A stretch of DNA of 36,250 nt from an uncultured Desulfobacterales bacterium (GCA_964594355.1 CAZQOH010000001.1:1-36250), one strand, 5' to 3'. Positions 24,163 to 32,143 are shown, numbered from the stretch's first letter. Made by a program: numbers and translations. The notes: generated by a model from the letters alone, not told the origin.

Positions 24163-25618
24163 TTTCGGCTAATTCCTTTTCACCCTTTTTTCTTAGTCGC
24201 TTAAGTTCCCCAAGGACTGAATCTGATAATGGAGGAACCTCATGTGTTTCCAGTATCGTCCGGATTTTTTCCTGAATTCGATCAACCATTGTCTTTTTGC
24301 CTTCATTAGCCCAGAGATCAAATGTTTGCCTGGCCATTAAGGTTGGAATCCAATGCTCGTTTCTAAAATGCTGATATGTGTGTTCCTCCTGGAGAAAGTT
24401 ACCACCTGGACCGACTTTTTCTATGATTTCACGAGCTAATGTTTCTGAATTTACTTTTACTCCCTGGAGAAATCGTTTGACCATACCTATCACTTCATCG
24501 CCCATAACCAGCATTTCCGCGGAGCTGATCATTCCACTATCGAGATATCCCACATCATGGATAATGTTGACTCCGCCCAGAGCCTGAGTAAGGCAGGAAA
24601 AAGCACTCTCTATACCGGCCTGCGGATCCAAAGTCTTTGCATCGGTACAACCTGCCGTTCCCCAAGTGGGAAGGCCATAAAGCCGCGCGACATCACCATA
24701 GGCGGCTGTTAAAAGACTCAGCTCCGGAGCGCCAAAAGTCATATTTCCAGTCGCCATGTCCATAACAGTTGGGACACCTCCCAGAACATAAGGCGTTCCA
24801 GGTCTTTTAAGCTGGGACAGTATCAATCCCATGATGCTTTCCGTATTCGTAAGGACAAGGGTTCCGGCCATGGTAACAGGACTTGTCGAGCCTGCCTGAT
24901 TTGCCGGACCTCCGATCACCGGCATACCCAGTCCCGCCGTATAAAGGACTTTTTCTGCGACATCCTGGGGATAGACGAGAGGCGTAATAGGTTCCGGGTA
25001 AGCTACAATAAAGGGACGTTCTCTTAGTCGATCCATGCCTCCAGCCACTGCCGCCGCCATATCATATACAATCTCATGGGCCCTGGAGGAAAAGGTGAGG
25101 AAAATGATAGGCTTCCGGGTATTGGTCACAGCCGCCACAAATTCATGTAGTTCCGCTGCCTGAGCCGGTGTTACGTCCTGGCAAGACCCCATGGGCATTA
25201 TCCAGTCAATGTTAGGAAGGGCATCGGCGATCAGGGCGCCTCTGGCGATATCTTCGACCCTAGTCGGGTGGATCTCATAAGTCAGGGCATCCCGCGTATT
25301 TGGGCTGGCCGGATTTGTTCCAAAATAGGTTTTCCGTCCCTCCACTTCCAATGCACGATTACCTTCCCGATCGTACAGAGTAAACCCTTTTGGGGTCAGG
25401 CGAATACATTCCTCCACAATATACTGGGGCGTTTTTACAATATCCCCGTCTACATGGGCACCGGCTTTTTTCAGGAGATTAATGGCCTCTTCACATATAA
25501 CTTTATAGCCAACCTTCTCAAGAACTTCCAAGGAAGCCCGGTGGATTTCATAGACCTGATCATGAGAAAGAATGGAAAACTGTGGTGATCTTTGCGATAT
25601 AAATGATGACTGTATCAT
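24146..25618 (-). CDS. MttB-superfamily (trimethylamine methyltransferase family) protein, non-pyrrolysine type
   Basis: 490-aa uninterrupted ORF with no in-frame TAG. Its length and N-terminal pattern (ILSHDQVYEIHRASLEVLEKVGYKV) are typical of MttB-family quaternary-amine:corrinoid methyltransferases. AGGAGGG precedes the ATG. Confidence 0.85.
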   Translation of the reverse strand: MIQSSFISQRSPQFSILSHDQVYEIHRASLEVLEKVGYKVICEEAINLLKKAGAHVDGDIVKTPQYIVEECIRLTPKGFTLYDREGNRALEVEGRKTYFGTNPASPNTRDALTYEIHPTRVEDIARGALIADALPNIDWIMPMGSCQDVTPAQAAELHEFVAAVTNTRKPIIFLTFSSRAHEIVYDMAAAVAGGMDRLRERPFIVAYPEPITPLVYPQDVAEKVLYTAGLGMPVIGGPANQAGSTSPVTMAGTLVLTNTESIMGLILSQLKRPGTPYVLGGVPTVMDMATGNMTFGAPELSLLTAAYGDVARLYGLPTWGTAGCTDAKTLDPQAGIESAFSCLTQALGGVNIIHDVGYLDSGMISSAEMLVMGDEVIGMVKRFLQGVKVNSETLAREIIEKVGPGGNFLQEEHTYQHFRNEHWIPTLMARQTFDLWANEGKKTMVDRIQEKIRTILETHEVPPLSDSVLGELKRLRKKGEKELAESEKGE

Positions 25619-25634
25619 GATGCCCTCCTAAGGC

Positions 25635-25793
25635 AGTTAAGTAGTTGAGTGGTTAAGTTGTTATTATTATGTCAATATTTTGTATTTGTATGAAAATTGG
25701 ATGCCCATTGTTTGGATGATTATAATCTTTCGAAATTTCAATGATTGTTTCCAACTCAACCATTTCTCACTCAACTACTTGACGATATCTGAA
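25635..25793. repeat. Inverted-repeat element between the MttB-family start and the PIN stop
   Basis: aagtagttgagtg (25640-25652) is the exact reverse complement of cactcaactactt (25768-25780). The arms extend imperfectly. Parts of this element recur at 8860-8892. Confidence 0.75.
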
Positions 25794-25798
25794 TTAGG

Positions 25799-26278
25799 TT
25801 AATCGATGGTAATAATATTCAGTTCAGGGAAATAGCTTGAGTAATATCCTCTATCACCCGTTACAATCTTTCGTCTTTTCGTTTGAAGAGCATATGCTCC
25901 AATAATAAAATCAGTAAGAATATATTGTCTAATTTTAATCTCAGAGTTACAATATGTACAGGTTAGTTTCTTAAGTTTTTTTCCGCATCTTTGGCATATT
26001 ACTACACGGCGTTTGTTATATATCTTCCAACGTTTGGCAGCTATTAGATATGCTTCCGGTTTTATATCGCCAATTACAATACCTGTGTCGCGTAAAAAAG
26101 CATTTAATTCTTTTACATCCTCGAACATCAACGAAAGTTCACCATATACAATCTTTGGAATAACCAGAATGTTTTTTGGGGATAGTTCTCCCAATAAATT
26201 GGCATACTTTTTACCGAAATCAGGGATGGCATTATATATATAGACAAGGGGATTTGTGTCAATAATGATACTATTCAT
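25799..26278 (-). CDS. PIN-domain (VapC-like) toxin with an internal CxxC-x8-CxxC zinc-ribbon-like insert
   Basis: Acidic PIN residues lie in IIIDTNPLVY, YGELS and LTDFIIGAYA, with the insert ICQRCGKKLKKLTCTYCN. The ATG at 26278 overlaps the antitoxin stop by 8 nt, so I prefer it over the track start at 26302. Confidence 0.75.
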   Translation of the reverse strand: MNSIIIDTNPLVYIYNAIPDFGKKYANLLGELSPKNILVIPKIVYGELSLMFEDVKELNAFLRDTGIVIGDIKPEAYLIAAKRWKIYNKRRVVICQRCGKKLKKLTCTYCNSEIKIRQYILTDFIIGAYALQTKRRKIVTGDRGYYSSYFPELNIITID

Positions 26279-26501
26279 CGTCTCTACCGCGAAATTCATC
26301 AATCATTTGATCAATGCCCTCTTTACTGCGACTTTTTCCACGTCCAAGCCACTTCATGAATCTATTCTCACGTCTGCTTCTCACAATTAAAGCTTTATTC
26401 CCCTCTGTAATAACATCAACATCCATTCCCGGTAACAAGCCGAATTTATTCCTTATATCTTGAGGTATAGTAATCTGACCTTTGCTAGTTATTTTTGGCA
26501 T
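26271..26501 (-). CDS. AbrB/SpoVT/MazE-family antitoxin
   Basis: 76 aa. The N-terminal KGQITIPQDIRNKFGL is a swapped-hairpin DNA-binding motif, and the C-terminal tail is charged. It sits upstream of and overlaps the PIN gene. Confidence 0.8.
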   Translation of the reverse strand: MPKITSKGQITIPQDIRNKFGLLPGMDVDVITEGNKALIVRSRRENRFMKWLGRGKSRSKEGIDQMIDEFRGRDDE

Positions 26502-26626
26502 TATATTCTCCTTTGGCAGTATTACTTTGCTTAAAGGGTAATACCAACAAAAAAGTATGTCAATAGTGAATTTTCAAAAAAAGGCTTGCCAAAGTAGTTT
26601 TAATATGTTTCATTATTTTAAAATGT

Positions 26627-26641
26627 TTTTCATATTATGAA
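26627..26641. promoter_or_regulatory. 15-bp palindrome TTTCATA-T-TATGAAA, candidate IclR operator, upstream of ppnP
   Basis: A perfect 7-bp inverted repeat with a 1-nt spacer, ending 48 nt before the ppnP ATG. An identical 15-mer occurs at 27083-27097. Confidence 0.5.
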
Positions 26642-26689
26642 ATTAGTAATAGGGGACCCACAAATATTCAATGAACAAGGAGCAATGAC

Positions 26690-26968
26690 ATGATCAAGGT
26701 GAACGCGTATTTTGAAGGGAACGTTAAAAGCCTGGGGTTTGAGCGTGAGAAGGTGGCATTTACCGCGGGTGTAGTTTTGCCGGGTACATACACTTTCGAT
26801 ACCCAAAGCGAGGAACATCTCACGATAACCGTTGGAGAAATTGAGGTGCTGCCGCCGGGATCCGAATGGCGGATCGTGAATACTGGCGAGACGGTCACCA
26901 TTCCGGCAAACTCGAATTTTGACCTGAAAGTGAAACAGACCGCCTCGTATATCTGTAAATACGAGTAA
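26690..26968 (+). CDS. ppnP: Pyrimidine/purine nucleoside phosphorylase PpnP (DUF1255 cupin)
   Basis: 92 aa. It is collinear with my recollection of E. coli YaiE/PpnP (NxYFxGxVKSxGF...GxYTFxT...E.M....G......P..........G........F.L.V....SY.C.Y). AAGGAG lies 8 nt upstream. Confidence 0.82.
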   Translation: MIKVNAYFEGNVKSLGFEREKVAFTAGVVLPGTYTFDTQSEEHLTITVGEIEVLPPGSEWRIVNTGETVTIPANSNFDLKVKQTASYICKYE

Positions 26969-27082
26969 ACACGTAAACACCTGAACATGTGACGCCGCCA
27001 GGCTTTTTGCTACCAGAAACTTTTTGAACATTCTAAAATTTAAACTTGGCAGGAAAAAATTTTATAGAGATATGAAAATCGC

Positions 27083-27097
27083 TTTCATATTATGAAA
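27083..27097. promoter_or_regulatory. 15-bp palindrome TTTCATA-T-TATGAAA, candidate IclR operator, upstream of iclR
   Basis: Identical to 26627-26641 and ending 30 nt before the iclR ATG. An extra TATGAAA half-site lies at 27071-27077. The centre reads TATTAT, which is -10-like. Confidence 0.5.
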
Positions 27098-27127
27098 ATT
27101 TATAACTGATTTTCCACTGCTATTAAA

Positions 27128-27877
27128 ATGAAAATCAATTCAATCGAACGCTGTCTGAAAGTTATTGATATCTTAAGTAATCATTCCAAGGGCTTGAAGT
27201 TGACGGAAATCAGCCGTCTACTCGACTTGCACCCGAGTTCGGTGCATCACATGGTTTCGACACTGCTGCCCCATGATTATCTATCCCAGGATCCGGACAC
27301 CAAAAAGTACTCATTGGGATTTCGATTTCTGGACATCAGCCGTAAAATTTTAGATAATCTGGACATCCGTCAAATTGCCCATCGCCATCTGGAAGTCTTA
27401 CGCCAGGAGGTCCAGGAAGCCGTTCATCTGGCGATGCTGCGGGGTGATAAGGTCGTTTATATCGACAAGCTGGACACCCTCAGCGGCCTGTCGCTTGCCA
27501 CTTATGTGGGATTTGCCGCCGATCCGCATGCGGCTGCCGGCGGTAAGGTTTTGCTGGCCGGCTTAAACGATGACGCGGTCAAAGGCATTTATAAAAACAA
27601 GTCTTTAAAAGCTTATGGTAAAAATACCATTACGCGTCTACCGGCACTGATGGCAGAGCTGGCCAGAATTCGCAAACAGGGATATGCCGTCGATAATGAA
27701 GAATACTACGAAGGTGTTCGCTGTGTTGCCGCTCCGGTCCGCTCTGGCGGTGAAGTAATTGCATCCATCAGCGTAACAGGTTCCATATTCACGATGACCC
27801 AGGGGCGCATTGAAAAGGAACTGGCTGCGACGGTTGTAAGGGCAGCAGATTCGGTTTCCGCCGAAATAAAGTGGTAG
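27128..27877 (+). CDS. IclR-family transcriptional regulator
   Basis: 249 aa. It has an N-terminal winged HTH (LKVIDILSNHSKGLKLTEISRLLDLHPSSVHHMVSTL) and a C-terminal IclR effector domain (GYAVDNEEYYEGVRCVAAPV). Confidence 0.9.
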   Translation: MKINSIERCLKVIDILSNHSKGLKLTEISRLLDLHPSSVHHMVSTLLPHDYLSQDPDTKKYSLGFRFLDISRKILDNLDIRQIAHRHLEVLRQEVQEAVHLAMLRGDKVVYIDKLDTLSGLSLATYVGFAADPHAAAGGKVLLAGLNDDAVKGIYKNKSLKAYGKNTITRLPALMAELARIRKQGYAVDNEEYYEGVRCVAAPVRSGGEVIASISVTGSIFTMTQGRIEKELAATVVRAADSVSAEIKW

Positions 27878-27906
27878 ATCATTTAAGGGATGGGGAGAGG
27901 AAGGCA

Positions 27907-28458
27907 ATGAAAGAGATTAGAATACACGGAAGAGGCGGTCAGGGCTCTCTTGTTCTGGCGCAATTTATGGCCATTGCTGCCCTGGAGGACGGCAAATACA
28001 GCCAGGCATTTCCATTTTTAGGCGGCGGAGGGGAACGTCGCGGCAAACCGATCGTTGCGTTTTGCCGGCTCAGTGACCAGCCCATCCGCACCCGTAGCCA
28101 CGTTCATGCACCCGATTATGTCATCGTGCAGGATGCCACCATTCTCAGTGAGGTTGATGTCGCCGGAGGTCTGAAGCAGACCGGATCGATCTTAATCAAT
28201 ACGGATAAATCGGTGGCTGATTTAGGGCTTGAAAATTCGAATGCCGTCACCATATCCGCAGATGAACTGGCCCGCAGGATTCTGGGCCGACCCATTATCA
28301 ACACCGCACTTCTGGGCACGTTTGCCGGCTTTAGCCGGGAGCTGTCGCTGGAAGCCGCGTTGAACGCCGTGCGGAGTAAATTCCCCGGTGAACTGGGGGA
28401 AAAAAATGCACAGGTTGTCGCAGAAAGTTACCACGCATTTTTAAAGGAGACTTCATGA
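27907..28458 (+). CDS. 2-oxoacid:ferredoxin oxidoreductase, gamma subunit
   Basis: [19 protein letters not shown] is the typical gamma-subunit N-terminus. The ATG at 27907 is preceded by GGGGAGAGGAAGG. The track start at 27871 overlaps the iclR end. Confidence 0.88.
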   Translation: MKEIRIHGRGGQGSLVLAQFMAIAALEDGKYSQAFPFLGGGGERRGKPIVAFCRLSDQPIRTRSHVHAPDYVIVQDATILSEVDVAGGLKQTGSILINTDKSVADLGLENSNAVTISADELARRILGRPIINTALLGTFAGFSRELSLEAALNAVRSKFPGELGEKNAQVVAESYHAFLKETS

Positions 28459-28712
28459 AACTGACAAAAGGCGCAGTTGTTGAGGGCGGAACCTCCTTGA
28501 ATTACAAGACCGGCGGGTGGCGGGACCAGCGACCGGAGATTGATAAGGAATTGTGTAATCAGTGCGGTAAATGCCGGGAAGTTTGCCCGGATGACGCCGT
28601 CCGCCACAATGACGACCGCTTTGAAATCGACTATGATTTTTGCAAAGGATGTGGCATCTGCGCCTATGAGTGCAAGGCTGTGGCCATCCAAATATTACCG
28701 GAGGAAAAATAA
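28455..28712 (+). CDS. 2-oxoacid:ferredoxin oxidoreductase, delta subunit (2x[4Fe-4S] ferredoxin)
   Basis: 85 aa. It has two cluster motifs ([23 protein letters not shown]) and an ATGA overlap with the gamma stop. Confidence 0.85.
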   Translation: MKLTKGAVVEGGTSLNYKTGGWRDQRPEIDKELCNQCGKCREVCPDDAVRHNDDRFEIDYDFCKGCGICAYECKAVAIQILPEEK

Positions 28713-28714
28713 CC

Positions 28715-29905
28715 ATGGACAACATCAGAGTGGTAGAGGGGTCTGAAGCCGTCGCACTGGCGGTAAAGGCCTGTCGACCCCATGTTATTTCGGCTTACCC
28801 CATCAGCCCTCAAACGCATATTGTCGAGGGTCTGGCCAGAATGGTAGCCGATGGCGATATCGATGCCGAGTACGTCAGAGTCGAATCCGAGTTTTCAGCA
28901 GCCAGTGTGCTGGCCGGCGCAGCGGCCGCAGGCAGCCGCAGCTATACGGCCTCATCTTCCCAGGGGCTGTTACTGATGACCGAAGTACTATACGCCAGTA
29001 CGGGCATGCGCCTGCCGTTTGTAATAACCGGTGTGAACCGATCGGTATCGGCGCCGATCAACATCCAGGTAGACCACCAGGACAGCATGTCCCTGCGGGA
29101 TGCCGGCCTGATACAATTTTACGTGGAAAGTGTCCAGGAAGCCTATGACATGCATCTAGCGGCCTTCAAAATCGCGGAGGATCCAGACATCATGCTACCG
29201 GTCATGTTGTGCATGGACGGCTGGGTACTGACCCATTCTTACGAGCGGGTGCAGTTCGTCAACCAGCAGGCTGTCGATGATTTTCTCCCGCCATTTGCTC
29301 CCGAGCATTATCTGGACCCGGCCATGCCGAAAACCTGGGGCTCCTATGCCGAATCGGATGCCATGATGGAATTCAAATATGCGATTCACAAAGCCATGAC
29401 CGAAGGAAAATCCCGAATCCAGGAAATCCTGGATGAGGTATCGGCGCTGACCGGCCGTGATAACAGCGGGCTGATCGAAGCCTACCGTATCGACGGTGCC
29501 GAAGTTATTTTGGTGGCGATAGGATCTGTCACCGGTTCGGTTAAGGATGCTGTTGACGAGCTGTGGGACGCCGGCAAAAACGTCGGCCTGCTCAAGATCA
29601 GATGCTATCGGCCATTCCCGCACGAGGAGATTTGGCAAGCCGTAAAGGGTGCCAAAGTTATCGCCGTGATGGACGCCAGCTTTTCCATGGGCAGCGAAGG
29701 CCCGATCGGTCTTGATCTGAAGGCTAAATTATTCGGCCGGCCGCAAGCGCCCATGGTGGTTGATTTCGTTGCCGGACTCGGCGGACGTGAAATCAATACC
29801 CACACGGTTCACCAACTGGTTGCGCGCACCGAGGAGATTCACCGCTCAGGACAGGTGTTATCCGAACCGGAGTGGGTGGACCTCGACTCGACCATTGTAT
29901 CTTAG
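28715..29905 (+). CDS. 2-oxoacid:ferredoxin oxidoreductase, alpha subunit
   Basis: Starts MDNIRVVEGSEAVALAV at the ATG at 28715, preceded by GGAGGAAAAA and located just after the delta stop. The layout is typical of POR/VOR alpha subunits. Confidence 0.88.
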   Translation: MDNIRVVEGSEAVALAVKACRPHVISAYPISPQTHIVEGLARMVADGDIDAEYVRVESEFSAASVLAGAAAAGSRSYTASSSQGLLLMTEVLYASTGMRLPFVITGVNRSVSAPINIQVDHQDSMSLRDAGLIQFYVESVQEAYDMHLAAFKIAEDPDIMLPVMLCMDGWVLTHSYERVQFVNQQAVDDFLPPFAPEHYLDPAMPKTWGSYAESDAMMEFKYAIHKAMTEGKSRIQEILDEVSALTGRDNSGLIEAYRIDGAEVILVAIGSVTGSVKDAVDELWDAGKNVGLLKIRCYRPFPHEEIWQAVKGAKVIAVMDASFSMGSEGPIGLDLKAKLFGRPQAPMVVDFVAGLGGREINTHTVHQLVARTEEIHRSGQVLSEPEWVDLDSTIVS

Positions 29906-29920
29906 GCGAAGGAGAAACAA

Positions 29921-30832
29921 ATGACCGTCAAAAAGAAAACCCAAAAAGAATCGCTGTTTGTCTCCGGCCATCGAGCATGTCACGGCTGCGGTATGGCGCT
30001 GGGGGTTCGGCATATTCTGGAGGCAACCGGAAATGATGTGATCGTGGTTTCACCCACCGGATGTCTGGAAACCTTTACCTCGCCCTATGGCTTCTCACCC
30101 TGGCGGGTGCCCTGGATACACCACGTGTTTGAAAATGCTCCGGCAGTTGCCACCGGTATCGTCGCCGCCCTGCGAGCTCAGGGGCGAGACCACACCCGAG
30201 TGGTCGCTATCGGCGGGGATGGCGGAACGTTTGATATCGGATTTGGTGCCCTTTCGGGGATGCTGGAGCGCGGCGATGATGTCCTTTATATATGTGTCGA
30301 CAATGGCGCCTATATGAATACCGGCGGCCAGCGCAGCGGAGCAACCCCTGTCTGGGCGGCGACCACAACAGCCCCGGCCGGCCGGCAATCCATGGGCAAA
30401 GTCGAGATGAAAAAGGATCTTCCCGAGATCATTGCGGCCCATGGTATTCCTTATGTGGCCACCGCATCGATTGCCTATCTGGGCAATCTAAAGAATAAAA
30501 TAAAAAAAGCCATGACCTACCACGGGCCGCGTTATATTCAGATCGACACCCCCTGCCCCTCGGTGTGGAGCTTTCCGTCACATCTGACGCTTGAAATCGG
30601 CCGGCTGGGTGTCAACAGCGGGCTGGTGCCGCTGTTTGAAAAAGAAAACGGAGAAATCACCGCGGTTCGCAAAATTAAGCGCAAAATTCCGGTCGCTGAT
30701 TATCTGACAAAGCAAAAACGATATCGGCACCTGTTTGACTCCGAGCAGGGACAGATCAAGATCGAAAAAATTCAGGCACTGGCCGATACCAACATTGAAA
30801 AATACGGACTGTTATCCGTAGGAAATCATTGA
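29921..30832 (+). CDS. 2-oxoacid:ferredoxin oxidoreductase, beta subunit (TPP-binding)
   Basis: 303 aa. It has the CHGCG cluster ligands near the N-terminus and the TPP motif GGDGGTFDIGF...DNGAYMNTGGQ. GAAGGAG lies upstream. Confidence 0.9.
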   Translation: MTVKKKTQKESLFVSGHRACHGCGMALGVRHILEATGNDVIVVSPTGCLETFTSPYGFSPWRVPWIHHVFENAPAVATGIVAALRAQGRDHTRVVAIGGDGGTFDIGFGALSGMLERGDDVLYICVDNGAYMNTGGQRSGATPVWAATTTAPAGRQSMGKVEMKKDLPEIIAAHGIPYVATASIAYLGNLKNKIKKAMTYHGPRYIQIDTPCPSVWSFPSHLTLEIGRLGVNSGLVPLFEKENGEITAVRKIKRKIPVADYLTKQKRYRHLFDSEQGQIKIEKIQALADTNIEKYGLLSVGNH

Positions 30833-30876
30833 GCAGGAGGCTTCACATGAAACTACAAAAAGGAGGTTTGTGAACC

Positions 30877-31959
30877 ATGGAATCCATCTTCGAATACATG
30901 GAAAAATACGACTTCGAGAATCTATTTTTCTGCCAGGACAAGGCGCTTGATTTCAAGGCCATTATCGCCATCCACGACACAACCCTGGGTCCCGCCACCG
31001 GCGGCTGCCGCATGTGGAAGGATTATCCCAGCGAGCTGGATGCTATCGAGGATGCCCTGCGGCTGGCACGCGGAATGACTTACAAGTACGCTGCCGCCGG
31101 GGTGAATCTGGGCGGGGGAAAGGCGGTCATCATCGGCGACCCCAAACGCAAGGACCGTGAGCCAATCTTCCGGGTTCTAGGGAAATTCATCAATCGTCTG
31201 GGCGGCAAATACATCACCGGCGAAGATGTGGGCACCACCTTGCAAGATATGGAATACATCCGCATGGAAACCGAGCACGTCGTCACTCTACCGACCTATT
31301 TAGGCGGGGCCGGTTACATCGCCCCCATGACAGCGTATGGTACCATCCGCGCCATGCAGGCCTGCTGCAACCGCGTCTATGGCTCGGACAGCCTGGAGGG
31401 GAAAACCGTAACGGTGCAGGGGCTGGGGGCGGTCGGTCACAACGTTGTCGAGCAACTCCACGAGCTCGGCGCCAAGTTGATCGTCACGGACATCGATCCT
31501 GCCAAAGTGGAGACCATAACGGCGCGTTTCGAGGCCAGCGCCGTGCAGGTCGAGGCCATCTATGATGTCGACTGCGACATTTTTTGTCCCTGTGCCCTGG
31601 GAAAAGTCATCAATGACGATACCCTCAGCCGTCTGAAGTGCAAAATCATCTGCGGCTCCGCCAACAATCAGCTGGTCGAAGAGCGCCACGGCGATCGGAT
31701 AGAGAAAATGGGACTGGTCTATGCCCCGGACTACATTGCCAACGCCGGCGGTACCATCTATGATACGGATCGCCTGGGGGTTGGTGGGGTCAGCGATGAG
31801 CGCGGCAAGACCAAAGTGGCCCGCGTCTATGACAACATGCAGCGTGTGTTTGAAATCGCCGACCGCGACCGGCTGCCGACTTATCAAGCAGCCGATCGCA
31901 TTGCGGAGGAGAGAATCAGTCAAATTGCCGAGGTGAAAAAGTATGTGGATGATTTGTGA
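30877..31959 (+). CDS. Leucine-dehydrogenase-like amino acid dehydrogenase (Glu/Leu/Phe/Val dehydrogenase family)
   Basis: 360 aa. Blocks IIAIHDTTLGPATGGCRMW, AIEDALRLARGMTYKYAAAGVNLGGGKAVIIGDP and KYITGEDVGTT closely resemble Bacillus-type LeuDH as I remember it. AAAGGAGG lies upstream. Confidence 0.88.
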   Translation: MESIFEYMEKYDFENLFFCQDKALDFKAIIAIHDTTLGPATGGCRMWKDYPSELDAIEDALRLARGMTYKYAAAGVNLGGGKAVIIGDPKRKDREPIFRVLGKFINRLGGKYITGEDVGTTLQDMEYIRMETEHVVTLPTYLGGAGYIAPMTAYGTIRAMQACCNRVYGSDSLEGKTVTVQGLGAVGHNVVEQLHELGAKLIVTDIDPAKVETITARFEASAVQVEAIYDVDCDIFCPCALGKVINDDTLSRLKCKIICGSANNQLVEERHGDRIEKMGLVYAPDYIANAGGTIYDTDRLGVGGVSDERGKTKVARVYDNMQRVFEIADRDRLPTYQAADRIAEERISQIAEVKKYVDDL

Positions 31960-32143
31960 TCCTGGAACAAAAAAAGGTGTCTTTTCTTACTTGAATACTT
32001 CAAAAGGAGGAGATGAGCAAATGAATGAAAGTACATCAAAGCGTATAATGATATCTAATTGAGTTGACGCACATAATCATCACCTAACCGATAACCCAAT
32101 GGAAAGTTGCTATAGGCGAAATTCCCAAACGATTGGAGGAGAT

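Noticed and set aside
24146-25618. Pyrrolysine-encoding MttB
   Set aside because: The reading frame is continuous with no in-frame TAG, and no pyl genes are in the window, so this is a non-Pyl family member.
26510-26530. Sigma-54-like TGGCAG...TTTGC upstream of ppnP
   Set aside because: The GG to GC spacing is 12 nt instead of the required 10, and no enhancer-binding protein gene is nearby.
26630-27031. Two overlapping minus-strand ORFs (133 and 106 aa) opposite ppnP
   Set aside because: They are antisense to a well-supported PpnP homologue and show no family resemblance. Such ORFs are a typical by-product of GC-rich coding DNA.
32021-32062. 13-codon upstream ORF (MNESTSKRIMISN) with a strong GGAGGAG 9 nt upstream, in the gap before the DUF362 gene
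   Set aside because: It is too short to evaluate from sequence alone, with no recognisable leader-peptide logic or adjacent attenuator hairpin. I kept it only as a note.
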